From NCBI GenBank assembly GCA_964106645.2, contig OZ067042.1: 64,000 nucleotides of DNA. One strand, written 5' to 3'. Below are positions 12,921 through 26,511 of the stretch, one piece after another. The position numbers and the translations under genes are program-made. Under the pieces are notes generated by a model. It did not search any database. It was not told the origin of the DNA and worked only from the letters and a program-made list of their open reading frames with translations. Position 1 is the first letter of the stretch. Every line of letters starts with the position of its first letter. The DNA is from Podarcis pityusensis (lineage: Eukaryota).

Positions 12921-13761
12921 CAGTGGTACCTCGGGTTAAGAACTTAATTCATTCTGGAGGTCTGTTCTTAACCTGAAATTGTTCTTAACCTTAAGCACCA
13001 CTTTAGCTCATGGAGCCTCCTGCTGCTGCTGCTGCGCCGCCGGAGCACAATTTCTGTTCCATAGCTGTCAAGTGTCCCTTATTTGAAGGGACAGTCCCTT
13101 ATTCCAGCGCCATGTCCCGCTGCTGTCCCTTATTGATGGATGTCCCTTAAATGTCCCTTAAATGATGTCCCTTAAATTTCAAAGGAAGCAGCTCCTCTCC
13201 CTCCCTCCCTGCCGGCCAGGGAGGAGGGAGGCTCCAACTGTGTTGCTTGGCTGTGTTGCTCACCCAATAAGAGGTCTAAGAACGACTGGGGGGTGGAGCT
13301 TGCATGCCTTGTGTGTGGCTAGTTAATGCAAGCTGAGGGGTTTTTTGAATGCTGGATGCCATTTTGTTGCACGTGCTGCTGCAGACTTTGCAGTGCAAAG
13401 CCAGGCCGGGGAGCCATCTTAAGTTGAGGCTGCATAGGCCTTGTGGTGCATGTGATTCAGATTCTATTCAGTTGAACCTCTGGTTACAAAGTTGGTTGGA
13501 CAGTGTTCTCGAAGCTACCAGCATGAGTTTGACCAGACTGCAGGAGGACAGGAAGACGAGTGCCTGGAACAGGTGAGGCTGCAGGTCCCTTATTTTGGCT
13601 GCTGGTCCCTTATTTTCAAGGTTGCCGGTCCCTTATTTTCAAATCTGTAAGTTGACGGCTATGTTCTGTTCTCATCCTGAAGCAAAGTTCTTAACCCAAG
13701 GTACTATTTCTGGGTTAGCGGAGTCTGTAACCTGAAGCAGATGTAACCCAAGGTACCACTG
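12921..13761 (-). mobile_element. Mariner-type MITE family A copy 2 (opposite orientation), interrupted by a hAT element
   Basis: TA|CAGTGGTACCTCGGGTTA...TAACCCAAGGTACCACTG|TA; reverse complement of copy 1, split at 13059/13664. Confidence 0.88.
13060..13663. mobile_element. Non-autonomous hAT-type element nested in MITE A2
   Basis: TIRs CATAGCTGTCAA / TTGACGGCTATG, perfect 8-bp TSD TTCTGTTC, repeated subterminal GTCCCTTA motifs. Confidence 0.88.
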
Positions 13762-16017
13762 TACTCCTATTCAGGGTGCCAGTTACCCAGCCAGACATGC
13801 TCTTTTCTAGGACACTCCATTTCTCTTAGTTTTCAGTTTCATTTATCCTGACAGTCAGCATTCTGTGCCTACCAAGTATGCTCATTTATTGCTGGGTATT
13901 TTGCTGTCCCTCACATCTTTATTTTTGTCGCCCCCCCTTTTTTTGGTACTTCTGCAAACCGTAGGATTGCCCCAAGCCCATTGATGATGCCATTATAGCT
14001 CCATAAGGATCCACACTTAGAGAAAGTATTTGCAATTTGTAGGTAGGATTCCAACTGTTAAAACGCAGAGCCAGATCACTGTATGATGTATATTAGTATC
14101 GCTCCTATGCAGTAAGTGCAATGTTGGTGACGTATCTTGGACTCGGATGCCTTTGACTTGTAAATGAGGTCTGGCCTCCTCCCTCACCCACTCTCTTCGC
14201 CATTTTGAAGTATTCTGTTCCTTTAAAAAAGGCTGTTGTTGCATTGGCTCTCCTGGGAAACACACAGCTTCTGTTCTGCATTCTGGAAGCCGCATTCTTG
14301 TGAATTAATAAGGGTAACCTTTATTTTCACGCAGAAGCTGTAGCAAGTCTAAAGCATCTTTATTTAAACATGCCTCCCCAGTGCCTTTTTATATGGCATC
14401 TACCATTTTAAAAGTATTCTAATTTGGGGTTGCTTATCATGTTTTTGGAGTTTATTATGTAAGTAAGCTGCCCTGGTTGATTTTTTTATTTTCAGAAAGG
14501 CAGAGTATAAATATATTAGTAAAAATCTATTAGTTAAAGAAAATCTATTAAATGAAAATTACAAAGTGTTTTGGGAGAGTGTTCTTAAGAAACTCATAAA
14601 TGTAAGATAGAACTAAATACATGGATCTTCAATATAGAGGCAGCATTCAAGACATTTACAGATGGGGGTGTTTTCTAGCTGTTAAAGTAAGCACTCTTAA
14701 TAGCCACAAGCCACTGGGGACTATGGTGTCTCTGCTTGTCTATTTTGGCACACTAAGAGATTAGTGAGCCTAGCAGAAAACACAGTTCAGTTGATGTACT
14801 CTCCAGGAACACTGTGTGCAGTTTTGCATCTCTTTCTTCCTTTACTCCTTCAGCTCATGCATTTCTGGTGTAGCACAAATCATACAATCAGCAGTGCAGC
14901 AAACTGTCTTTTCAGGTAGAGCTATGCATTATTTGAGCAAATATACATTTGTTACAGTAATGCAAACACAGGGATTGGACAACTTGCAGGGAAGAACTGA
15001 CAGGTAGGAGGGAGGGGTGTCTTTTCCCTGCCCTATGGTAACTCCAGCCCACCCCAGTTGGGCTCTTAAATGGCGTGCCCGGGGGGGGGGCATTTGCAGG
15101 AGTAGAGATGGAATCAATTTCTGATCTATTTCACATACATTCGTTCATTCATGATTGCCATTTTGTTCCATTTCTACATCAATCTGCAATAATTACTTTA
15201 AAAACCACATAAATATTTTCATTGTTTTAAATATATTTTGGCTAAAATATGCATTTTTCTATAAATGTTGTGGTGCATTTCTTGAGCCAAATAATATTGC
15301 ATAATGTGGAGGAGTGCTAAAGCCAAAGGATGACTGTTCTGATCCATGAATTAGTTTGGGAAGTGCTATTCTGGTCAGTTTGCTTAAAAATGTGGACTGA
15401 ACAAAACCATTGAGTGTTCAAGAGAAAGGTTGAGTGCTCTGGTTCACCTGCCAGTTCTCCCCTGCAAATCTCCATCCCTGCCACCCCACCCAGCCAAGCA
15501 TTAGGAAGGAAATATGGGGTTAGAAAACTTGTTTTCCCACCATAATATCTAAGTCTTCTCATTCAATATGCCTATTTCCACAGCTCCTGACATTCAGACA
15601 GCTCTTGGGTATGAGCAGAAATGAGCAATGAACAGACAAACAACTAAGGCAGATGCTGACTGCTTATCTTCATCTTTAATATCTGCTTGGTGACTTGCAT
15701 CTGCAAAAACTAATTTCCGTCCAGTTCTCACAATTTCAGACATGCACACTGCTGACAATCTTTTTAATATTGTGTGATGTTTAGATGGGGCAGTTTTGAG
15801 GCTATCACTTAATAACTGCATTCTGTGTGTGGCTCCAGCACTCATTTTTTCACATACAGCCTAAGCTGTAGTAGCAGAAAGCCGTTTTATTAGTACAGGG
15901 AGGAAAAATGTGCTCCCATGTGAATATAATGAAAATATTGTCCCTTTGAGTTGAAATATTCAACGTTTTAGCAATAGGGCCAATTTAACCAACTGGGGTA
16001 ATAGCAGTGATTGTATG

Positions 16018-16055
<38 letters not shown>

Positions 16056-17949
16056 AGCCAGGCTTTGGTCACTTCCAGAATGTCACTATTTTATGGAAGG
16101 AATTCAATGGCATACCAGCAAATCCTGGTTTGCAGAATTAAAGTGCTCTGGTACAATAAATTTGCTTTTTGCAGTAAGGAAAGTGATGGGAAAATGCACT
16201 AGAAATTGAAGGATAGCAGCCAACTATTGGGAAATTGTATAACCTCTACACAAACATATCAAGATAAATGCTCAATAAAGGGGTTGTCTGGAAGTGACGT
16301 TTCCATGGTCTGAGAAAAGAAGGAAGAACCACAAGGAAAATACAATATGAGAATGGATAAATGATGGTGTTGTGTGGATACCTCATAAATAGTGAGTGAT
16401 TGTAGATGTTTATACATCTCAGGGCTGTGGCTATATAGAACAGAGCAGCAGTTATTCTGATCAGATTCATTTATTTTTATCTAGCCATTGGACCATTGCA
16501 GAACAAGGCTTTTAAGAATATAAATGTAAAACAAGATTACAGAAATAGAAATTAACTTGGACATTTATGTATAAACTATAACATGAGGAAATTTAGAATG
16601 CTGAATTTCCCTGACAAATCATAACATGCCCCTTTAAAAAGGAAAGTTTGTTTCTCTTAACAAATATTAAAATGACTAAAATGAAATGAAATACAATAAA
16701 GTTATGCAAATCTGGAGCAGCTATTGAGTTTGTTGCAGAGCAAATATTCCAGTTGGCAGATCACATTGAAGAAAAACACTAAAAGGGGCAGCTGGGGGTG
16801 GGGGTTTTCATCTGACATTCCCTCTCAATTCCGCTGTGGTTTCTCTGGTGCTTTGTATCTTCTGCCAGTAAGCGGAGAATCCTAGATGTAGCTGAGGGCT
16901 GTGGCTGTGCTGAGCTGAGCACTGCACTTAGCTCACTGAATTATTTATACTGAAAATAAACTAGGGTGGGTCCAGGAGGCTTAGCTCTCTTACTCAGATG
17001 TATAGTAAAGCCTGGCTGATGTGATTTTATACCAGTTATGGAGAGTGGAAGCAGAAAACATGAGGGGAGATTCCACTCAAACTGGTTTTGAATTTTCCAA
17101 AATGTCCTCCTTCCCTTTGAGCAGCCTCTGTTCACTGTGGAATACGATGGCATCACTTTAAGCTGGGGGGTAACCAATGAGTTTGAGGAGAAATCAAGTC
17201 AAAGATGCAGGCCTGCATGTACTGTACAACTTTACTAGGGCATCATCTCATGGGAACTAGTTCTGATGTCTTGTGATGTGACAGTTATTCCCACACAGCC
17301 TGTCTTCCTCAAAACTTACCATAAAACAAATACATGGCAGGGGGCACTATCTGTCTCTTTACTTGCACTGTCTGAAAGCAGAGCAAAAGCTGCTGCCTTC
17401 TTTGTCAATAATCCTTTTGAATTTTAGGCAAGGAGACCAGCTGTCAGGTGGTCAGGTTCTCTCCAGAGAAAGGAAGGTCATGTGGCAAAGTAGATAGTGC
17501 CACAGATTAAGGAAAATCTTGTTTAAGTAAGCCTTGCTAAATTAATTTGATCCACCAGGATTAACCAGTGCTTTCTGATGGGCCTTTTGCTTCTCCAGTT
17601 GACAAAAATTACTAGCTATATTTCAAATATGCATCAGTCTCCTTGGGGCAGGGTTCTTATCAGTTCTCATGCACCCAACAGGGATAAACCCTGTCAAATT
17701 TAGAAGGCAATGAATCTTACGAAAAAGATAAGAACCTACAAAATTTTGCATGCCAAAAAAATGGCATTAATCCACAGTGATGGTCCAGTTTGATCAGGAC
17801 TTAAGACTGGGTTGGGATACAGGCAACAGCCTGGAGAGAGTCAGGAGCTAGGAGTCAGGACCCAAGGGCAATCAGGGTGCAGGACCAAAGGCCAAACGAA
17901 GAGTTAAGAGCATATCGCAGTTAAGATCTTCTGACAACCAAGAAGGCAA

Positions 17950-18975
17950 TCGGGGTTTAGGCCCAGTTTTTGGCACAGAAACTTCTTTCATCACCCTATA
18001 TGATGACCTCTCTTGGGAGAGAGACAGGGGAAATGTGTCCTTGTTAATTCTCCTTGACCTCCCAGCAGCTTTTCATACCATCAACCATGGTATCCTTCTG
18101 GAGTGGCTTTCCAAGTTAGGAGTGGGTGGCACTGCTTTGTGGTGGTTCCAGTCCTACTCAGTGGCAGAGCTTCATGCTCCAGCACCGGGGGACGGAGAGC
18201 AGGCGGGGGCGGGGCTAGCGCATGTCCTGGTGGCGTGGTGCGCGTCCTGGGGGTGTGGTGTGCTGCCGGCAGGGGCGTGGCACCCAGTGTGGGTGGGGGG
18301 CAGCAGCGATGGCACCCCACCAGGACTGCGCTGCTGGGGGCGATGCACTCCCTCCACACTCCTCTTCCTCTGCCAGTGGTCCTACTTGGATGGTTGTTTC
18401 CAGAGGGTGGTGCTTAGGGATTGTTCTTCGGCCCTGTGGAGCATTCCATGGGAGGTTCCTTAGAGTTCATCCCCCCCCCCCCAGCTATTTAACATCTACA
18501 TGCAAGTAGGGACATCTGGATCTTTGGAATACATTGTCAGCTATGTATTGATGACACAGCACTCCTTCTCCTTAACATCTGCAGATGTGCTGAACTGTTA
18601 TCTTATGTCAGTAATGGACTGAATGAGAGCCAACAAACTGAAGCTCAATCCAGATAAGACTGAGGCACTGTTAGTGGGCAGTTTCCTAGGCCAGATGTGT
18701 GCAAGGTGGCGTGCTTTTCATGGGGTTACACTCATTCTGAAGGTTTGGATACGCACTTTGGGGTACTTCTTGATCTATTGCTTTCATTTGAGGCTCAGGT
18801 GGCCTTGGTGATGCGGAGAGACTTCCATCACCTTTGCCCCTATCTGGACCAGGATAGCCTAACTTCTGTTGTCTATGCTCTGGCACTCTCTAGGTTAGAT
18901 TACTGCAATGCGTGGGGCTGCCTCTGAAGACTGTTTCGAAACCTTAGCTGGTGCAGAATTCATCGGCCAGGTTGC
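17950..18975 (+). mobile_element. Degenerate L2-clade LINE RT fragment
   Basis: SLLILLDLPAAFHTINHGILLEWL, LFNIYM, MRANKLKLNPDKTEALLV and ALSRLDYCNA motifs in ORFs 18035, 18623 and 18697. Confidence 0.88.
18159..18378. mobile_element. GC-rich hAT-type MITE nested in L2
   Basis: TIRs CAGTGGCAGAG / CTCTGCCAGTG and perfect 8-bp TSD GTCCTACT (18151-18158, 18379-18386). Confidence 0.88.
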
Positions 18976-19061
18976 CGTTCCTAACATCTCTTTCTTGTTT
19001 CTTCAGGGCATTTTCAGGAGTACAATCCTAGCAAGAGGAGTAAAACCTTCAAACCATCAGG

Positions 19062-19167
19062 ATGGCAGGAGCTTCTGTAAAGGTGGCAGTGCGGGTGCGT
19101 CCTTTCAACTCCCGAGAAATGGGCAAGGACTCCAAATGTATCATACAGATGACAGGAAACACCACAA
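19062..19167 (+). CDS. KIF1A: KIF1A exon 2 coding part (exon starts ~19007): [35 protein letters not shown]
   Basis: Acceptor tttcttgtttcttcag at 19006, ATG in strong Kozak context (aggATGg), donor A|GTGAGT. The 106-nt translation matches the KIF1A N-terminus. Confidence 0.97.
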
Positions 19168-20956
19168 GTGAGTAATCATTGCATATTTTTCTGCAAGACA
19201 CTTCAGGGTGGGTTTGAGTGTCTCTCACATTGCTTCTGTCATTTCTGATCAATAATCCAGGAAAGAATGTGGAAGAGATAATGCAATTGTACTTGCTAGT
19301 TACTGAGGTTTTACAATTGCATTACAGAACATAGAAACACTTAGGTTGCATTTCTAACTCCACTTACCTGGGAGTACACTATGGAGGGCGGGCAGAGAGA
19401 GAAGTTTGCTTATGAAGGCTTCAGACAAGGTCTACCCCGAGGATTTGCTTTCCCTCACAATATCTGATATTGCTATGTGAGCATCTGAATTGTAGGCCAG
19501 CAACGTATTGAAAAAAAGAGAACCATCTCAGCAATGCACCAACTCCTAGATAGAAATAATTGTGCCTTTTCATTTCTTTTCTGAAATGGCCTGATAGGGT
19601 GATACCAATTCTTTGTAGATAAAAATACTTTTTAAAAAATTACTCTTGACTGCATAAATGCTGTAGTCATAACTCCCAAATTAATATTTATTTCTGAAAA
19701 AGCAGCTAGGGTGGGGTTTATTTCAGGGTCATGGCACATGGGACAGTCTAATGTTTTACCATGGTTCTAGCCCATATGTTCCCTCCATAGAATTCTAGAA
19801 GCTGCCAAGCAGAAAACTTTTCCTTTGTACTCCTAGAGGGCATTGCTAAGTTGCATGAGCTGCCTACATGGGAATTAAAGGGGAGAGGGCTGGGGAGCAA
19901 CACTTGGAGAAAGCGAAGGACCTGTAGAAGACTCCCCCCCCACGCCCACCAGCTATTTCACACATACACATAACTACTTCTCTCTATTGAATCCAATGGG
20001 GTTTTGTCTGAGGTAAGTGAGGTTAGGATTGCAGCCTAAATCGCTTTAACTTCACCATGGTTCTGGAGTTGCATTTATCTTACAAATGTAGATCTAGAAC
20101 CAAACAGCAGCAAAAGTGGCTTGGTGGTGGAAAGACATTGTTTGGAAGGTGTTACCCATGGGATCTGAGTGGTGGGTTTTCTTCTACAAGGCCAGCAACT
20201 CTTGCCCTTTTTTTACTTCTGAAAACGTTTTTGATTAAAAAAAAAAAAAAAAGCTTTGTTAGCAGGGCAGCTGGGTATACTGCAATACACAGTACCAGTG
20301 AGACTTCACCCACCACCTTAATTAACGTGCCCTTAATGAATTCTCCCTGAAAGCTGGTTGAAAATGTACATCTTTACAAATAAAGCATATGTAGATTTGT
20401 GTCATGGGCCTGCACCCTGAGTATTTTAAGTGCCTAGCAATGACCTTGACTAAGACTTTGATCCCTTTCCAGTTCTCCCCAGAGGTGCCCCCTTACACCT
20501 GCATTTGCCTTATGAGGAAAACATGAGAAATAGGATCCCTGTGTTTTATTTGTGATGCGCTGTTCTGCTCTTACAGACATTCAAATATAAAACAACAAGT
20601 AGGAAGGAACCGGGGAGATGCGAGGCTCTTGCCCTCCCAATGAGCCTCTTAAGGGCATATCTTATTTTCTGAACAGTGCTGCTGCTGTTGGTGTTTCCAT
20701 GCTAATAGAAGCCTACAGTGACCCCAGAGCCAATGACCCAGAGACCTGCTGACAGTGAGGTTTCTATTGCCCAGAAGACAAAAGCAGTGATTGAAGACCA
20801 AAGCAGCAAAATGAGTAGCTAATCCCCTCAGCTGGACATGAATGCTGGTTCTTTTTCCTTTTTTCCCTTTTTGAGTCTCACTGAATTGAAGGACTCCAAA
20901 CAGCTCAGCAGTTCTGTTTACTTCAGGCCTAACAACACTTGATGTCAAATGCCTCA

Positions 20957-20958
<2 letters not shown>

Positions 20959-20995
<37 letters not shown>

Positions 20996-21004
20996 CCCAC
21001 CCAC

Positions 21005-21033
<29 letters not shown>
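20959..21033. repeat. (GT)n plus (CATA)n microsatellite
   Basis: Direct reading. Confidence 0.95.
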
Positions 21034-21035
<2 letters not shown>

Positions 21036-22597
21036 CCAAGGGCTCACCCAGATTTCTTTTGTGTCATGTTTTGAGGCACAGGTCAACGCTTTAAAGCTAC
21101 AAGAATATTCCACCCCCACCCCCCTGGTGCTTTCCCTGGGAAAAGCCATGTTTAACCACTGAATCAGAGCAAATGACAATAAGATTTTCTGCAGGTTGCC
21201 ATTTGCTCCAATTCAGTGGTAAAATGAGGGTTTTCCCAGGGAAAGTGCCAGGACAAAAACAAAACAAAACAAGTGCAGGAAGTCTGATCAGGATTAGGAC
21301 AACAGCATGCTGAGGGGAGAGGATTAATATTTTCCTCCACCACCAGGACCCTGGAAAAAAAATTATCCCCATGCTACAGATATGGATAAGAAACAAACTA
21401 TACTTAATTGGCGTCAGTGAGAGATTTCCCCCCTTTGCTGTTTTCAGCACAGAGGTGAGACAGTTTTTTTTCAGGAACATGCCAGGGAATGGAAGGGCTA
21501 ACTGTCCCTTCCCTGTGGGTGGGGGGAAAGGATAAGCATCCCCATGCACTGTGATTCTTTACCCAGGCACTGCTTCAGTTCTACTTTAAAGAAACAAACA
21601 TTGACAGATTTACAAACAACAGATTTAATGTCACACATTGCTCAATCCTCTTATTTTTTGATTGAGGAAGGCAAATAAAGAAATATGGATGGGGACAGAA
21701 AATGTCATTGAAGAGTTGGGGCTTGGTGTACTGATGGCTTAACTTGAGCATAAAGTGGACATGCATAGAAGTGGTGAACAGTGCACATCTGTAGGCAAGT
21801 GGGCACTTTAGCTGCCCTGTCCCCCTAAAGCGTTATTTACAAAGTTTTTAAGCTGAGATGTAACTGAGTATGGGCCATAATAGAGAAAGGTCTATGGCAC
21901 TCAAAATACTCCTACTGGAAATGGAGGAAACTGTTGTCCCATGTTGGTGAGTTTCAAGTAGACTCCACTTGGGGATCTTCATGTATTTTGTGACACCAAC
22001 TTATGTCTTGGAATACCTAAGTCTTGCATGCAACATCTTCCAGAATGACACCACAAGGTTCCTGTCCCAGCATAAGGAACCTTTGCTTTCTTTATGCAAA
22101 CCCATCACAAATTCCTTTTGTACTGTTGTTGTATTTGTTTACATGCAGAGTCCATTTCACGTCACTGAACATGCAGTTTTGGTTGTCTCATGACAATCCA
22201 GATATTAGCTCTGCCTTTTTAAAAACTTCTGATTGAGCTGCACATGTGTCAACTGTGATTTATCCCCCATCTGAGCTGCTCCTTTGGTCTTTCCACCTAC
22301 CAACTTCCCCAACTGCTGTAGTGAGCAGAATTCTAGGTGTTCTGCTCAGTGAGCAGGAAAAGGAGCCGACCAATATTGTTGTTGGCTCACACTAGCACAG
22401 ACCACAAGTATTTTCTTTTGATACTGTGGATAGAGCGACTATGTCACAACAATCCAGAAGTTAGTTCTGCCCCTTTAAATCCATGAAATAAGTGGGATAC
22501 TTCACAACCACAGTTTCTTCCAACCAGTGCTCCCCAGGAGGTACTCAAGGGTACGCAGTACCGGCACCTTTTTTGTTGTTGTTAAAAAGTGTGCCTC

Positions 22598-22651
22598 TTC
22601 TTCTTCTTCTTCTTCTTCTTCTTCTTCTTCTTCTTCTTCTTCTTCTTCTTC
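22598..22651. repeat. (CTT)n microsatellite
   Basis: Direct reading. Confidence 0.95.
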
Positions 22652-23584
22652 ATGAATACCCTGTTATTTCCATGGCCTGGTTCAACTAGTAAAAGGAAAG
22701 TGTAAATACTTTTGCATTTCTGTTGCTCTGCCTCTTGGCTTCAGATGCAGAATGTTGGTTCCCAGCATCACTTTTGTTTCTATTGAACAATCGCCCTCCC
22801 TAGAGCTCATCAACCAACCAACCAACCACAGTGTCCCTGCAACTTCACTCTTCTCTGTTACTTCTGGAATGGACACTACAATTCAGCCTTTTCAAACAGC
22901 TTCAAGAATCAGTCTTAATTTCTTCCATCCCCCAGTCCCTCTTTTGTTTTTGTTTTTTACATGGGGCTGTCTCTTTCTGGTGCATGCTGTGCCTTCCCTG
23001 AGAGGAAAAAAGGAGCATTGCATTACTTCCAGAGGCACATTAGCATTCCTGCAGTTGGTTGCTCCAGCTACTTTTCTCAATTCTGGCTCTAACTGAGCAG
23101 AGAAAAATGGCTGGAGTGTCGGAATGAAGGGGAGGTTAGGTGTGGGATGGGAGTTGGTTCAGCATTTCTCTACCCACACTCCTTTTATTGTGAAGCTAAG
23201 ATCTTCCACCACCATGCCATTTTGTATGTGAATGAGGTGGACATGTAAATAAGGATCCCACCATACCTGAGTTGGTTCTGTGTTTTCAAAATTACCCAGG
23301 GTTGTATACAATGTGTGCTGCCGAATGTTCCTTTCGTGCAGTAGAATAATTTCCTCCTCTTTCCCCCCTCCCCCCCCAAATCTGTTTTGGGGAGCAGATA
23401 TGAGGATGGAATAGGGCATGCATGGGGGGGGAGAGGAGACAATCCTGCTGCACTAGTGCTAATCCTTTTGTTAGTGCACTTTTTAGCTACATACCACCCT
23501 CTGTTTCTCACAGTCTGTCAGATCCAGTCCTGCAAGTGAATTATCCATTTAGGAGACCATCTGTAGCCACTAGGACACCTTAAA

Positions 23585-24316
23585 ATGTTTCTGTCAAATA
23601 GAAAATAACTAAGGAAGTATTAGAAATCACCCCAGAACTGGCCCTACTAAACATCTTCCAAGACAATAATGCCCACTCACATCACAAAGAACTCATAACT
23701 CACCTACTCTCAGCAGCCAGGAACATCATAACCAGACACTGGAGAGACCTGTACCAAAATAGTATGGGAAACAGCCTTACTATAAAAATTAACCAATAAA
23801 CTGAAACTGACATGGGGACAAATAGAGGAAGATGCCTTCACCCTGGTATGGCTCCCCTTTATCACATACACAGCCCAACAAGACAACGACAAGAATCCAC
23901 CAACAGCATATAAATCAATATGGCTAACATGATTCAAAAACACCCACCTACCCCACTCACACATGAAAACAAAGTTCACCACAGCCAATCACAAACAAGC
24001 AACCACAGCCTAGGCCAACCCCAACTTCTCTCACCAACAAAGAAACACAAGCGAATAGCAAAGAGAACCTGCACAAACGATGCTGACACAAAACCCCACG
24101 CATATATTAAGTAAAATAGAAATATAGCCACCTGACCCCAGTCCCACCCATCATGGCCCTTTCCACCACTTCCCCCCTTTTCTTCCTAATGTAACACTAA
24201 TGTCTCAACAAATGAAACTGACATGTGGAAAATGTAACTTGAAAAAAGAGACATTGCATATACTTTTGTAAACCAATAAATCTTTAATAAGAAATACATT
24301 TAAAAAAAACCAAAAA
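23585..24316 (+). mobile_element. 5'-truncated L1-clade LINE 3' end
   Basis: A/C-rich strand encodes PELALLNIF...LITHLLSAARNIITRHWRD...VWETALL...VWLPFITY, resembling the ORF2 C-terminus of non-mammalian L1s, then a 3' UTR and A-rich tail. Confidence 0.7.
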
Positions 24317-24432
24317 TTCTGTACTCCAATTTATAGTTGCTTGAAGGCAAAAGCACATCCATTCATAGTCACTGCCATTCATAGTCACTGGACAGCAAAT
24401 TTGTCACAAAATGTGCAGCGCTAAGCCAGTTA

Positions 24433-25451
24433 CAGTGGTGCCTCGCAAGACGAAATTAATTCGTTCCGCGAGTTTTTTCGTCTAGCGAATTTTTCGTCTT
24501 GCGAAGCACGAAATCCCATGGGAATGCATTGAAATTCAATTAATGCGTTCCTATGGTCAAAAAAAGTCCAAACAAAGCCAAATTTGGTACAACAAGAGTT
24601 TATTAAGTGCTCTTTAAAGTCACACATACTGTAAAGAGCATTTCAAAAATTGAAGGAACAATAAATTAAGTTTCTAAACATGACAGAAAAACATTTAAAA
24701 ATCAACAAAGTGTACAGTACATTTTCTAAGACTCTGGGGGACAACTCGAAGAAGGTTCCTCTTCCACTCTTTGCTTCTTGCTGAAGAACCCCCTCCTCAA
24801 CTGTTCCCCCAGCCACCCACCACACAGAAATTCAAATCCAGAATTTTTTTTAAAAAACAGCAGAGTGGCCCAATGGTCACAGAAAATCATAAAAATGCAG
24901 AAAAAAACCACACAAGCTTCCAGATTCTTGCAAACCCCTCCTCAACTGTTCCCCCAGCCACCCACCACACAGAAATTCAAATCCAGAATTTTTTTTTAAA
25001 AAACAGCAGAGTGGCCCAATGGTCACAGAAAATCATAAAAATGCAGAAAAAAACCCCCACAAGCTTCCAGATTCTTGCAAACCCCTCCCCAACACCAAGT
25101 CCTTGAATTCCAAACACCCCAACCCAAAATCCAAAAACCCCCAAAAAAGTTTTAAAAGTTTAACTTACCAAATGGCTGCAAAAGAAGTTTTGGAAAAGCT
25201 TCAAAAATCACCAAAGTCTTCAAAAACCTCAAAAAAGGCTACCACACCGCGTTCTATGAGTTGCTCCTCGAAGTCAAGTCGCAACTGTATTAACGGTGTT
25301 AAGAAAAAGGAAACAAACTTGCAAGACGTTTTTGTCTTGCGAAGCAAGCCCATAGGGAAATTCGTCTTGCGAAGCAGCTCAAAAAACGCAAAACCCTTTC
25401 GTCTAGCGAGTTTTTCGTCTTGCGAGGCATTCGTCTTGCGGGGCACCACTG
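24433..25451. mobile_element. Non-autonomous Tc1/mariner-superfamily element (~1.0 kb) with an internal ~145-bp tandem duplication
   Basis: TA|CAGTGGTGCCTCGCAAGACGAA...TTCGTCTTGCGGGGCACCACTG|TA; repeated TTCGTCTTGCGA motifs; duplication at ~24787-25088. Confidence 0.9.
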
Positions 25452-26467
25452 TATATGTAGTGATTTTTATCAGATACACTTTGTGCTTCTACTCTCAGAG
25501 TGAAAAGAACATTTAATTTACAGTCCCCCCCACCACACCAAATCAGCCACTGCTATCTTTCCTTAAAACTAGAATAAATTCAAACATGTATTGCAGCATT
25601 TATAGCTACTGGAAAGAAAAGAACAACACACCAGAGTTAGATGTATGCAGGTTTGCAACAAGGGTGTTAGCATGAGTCTGGGCAGAGTATGTGGTATTTT
25701 GGGGTATGTGTGGTAGTTTGGGGAATTATACTTGACTTCCAAAGTATATGTGCATCTGTCTTAAAATGTGCATGCCAGAAGCCTTTAAAAATGTACTTTT
25801 CTCAAATAAGAAAAATGTAGCTATGTGATGGTCCAATGTCACAAATATCCATCAATCTGAAATATACAAGAATTCAAATAGACTACACAGGTAGATAAAC
25901 TTTTAAAGAAATTCAGAACAAGAACAATTATGTCCTTTTCCACATCACTGGCCTGGTTTGATGGTTCATGGAATATATGCATCACATTGGTAAGTGGAAA
26001 ATTGTTAACCACTTGGTATTTTCAATTTCTTGACCCGAAATACCTGTTTCTATGTTGGAGATGGGGAACCTAGGGTCCAACAGATGTTATTGGGTTCCAC
26101 TACCGTCAGTATGGCCAATGGTCAAGAATAATGGGACTTGTTCCATTGATGACTGTGCTCTTCAGGTGAGGGCCTCCTACAGTTATCGCCATTCTACACA
26201 ACGTAGGAATTGGGCCTTTAGTGTTGTGGCACCTGCTCTTTGAAATTCCCTGCCCTTGGATATTAGATAGGTGCCATTTCTGAAGATAGATTTCTCTTTC
26301 AATAAAACTTTTAAACAGAGGCAGATTTAAAGCAGCACGACTGGTTCCATCGCACAGGGTGCCACAGGGTGTCACAACTATGACATAGTGAACTGAGCAA
26401 AACGAAAGGCGAGAGGTGCAGGGGTGCCAAACACTGACCTTTCACAGGGTGCTGCTTTGAAGCTGAG

Positions 26468-26511
<44 letters not shown>

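Noticed and set aside
13965-14111. Possible extra 5' UTR exon (pyrimidine tract...CGTAG| to A|GTAAGT)
   Set aside because: Only splice-like signals support it. Such pairs arise by chance in a 15-kb intron and there is no independent evidence.
24771-25516. Lys/Ser-rich ORFs of 111 and 165 aa
   Set aside because: They lie within a non-autonomous transposon and reflect A/C strand bias and a tandem duplication; there are no transposase motifs.
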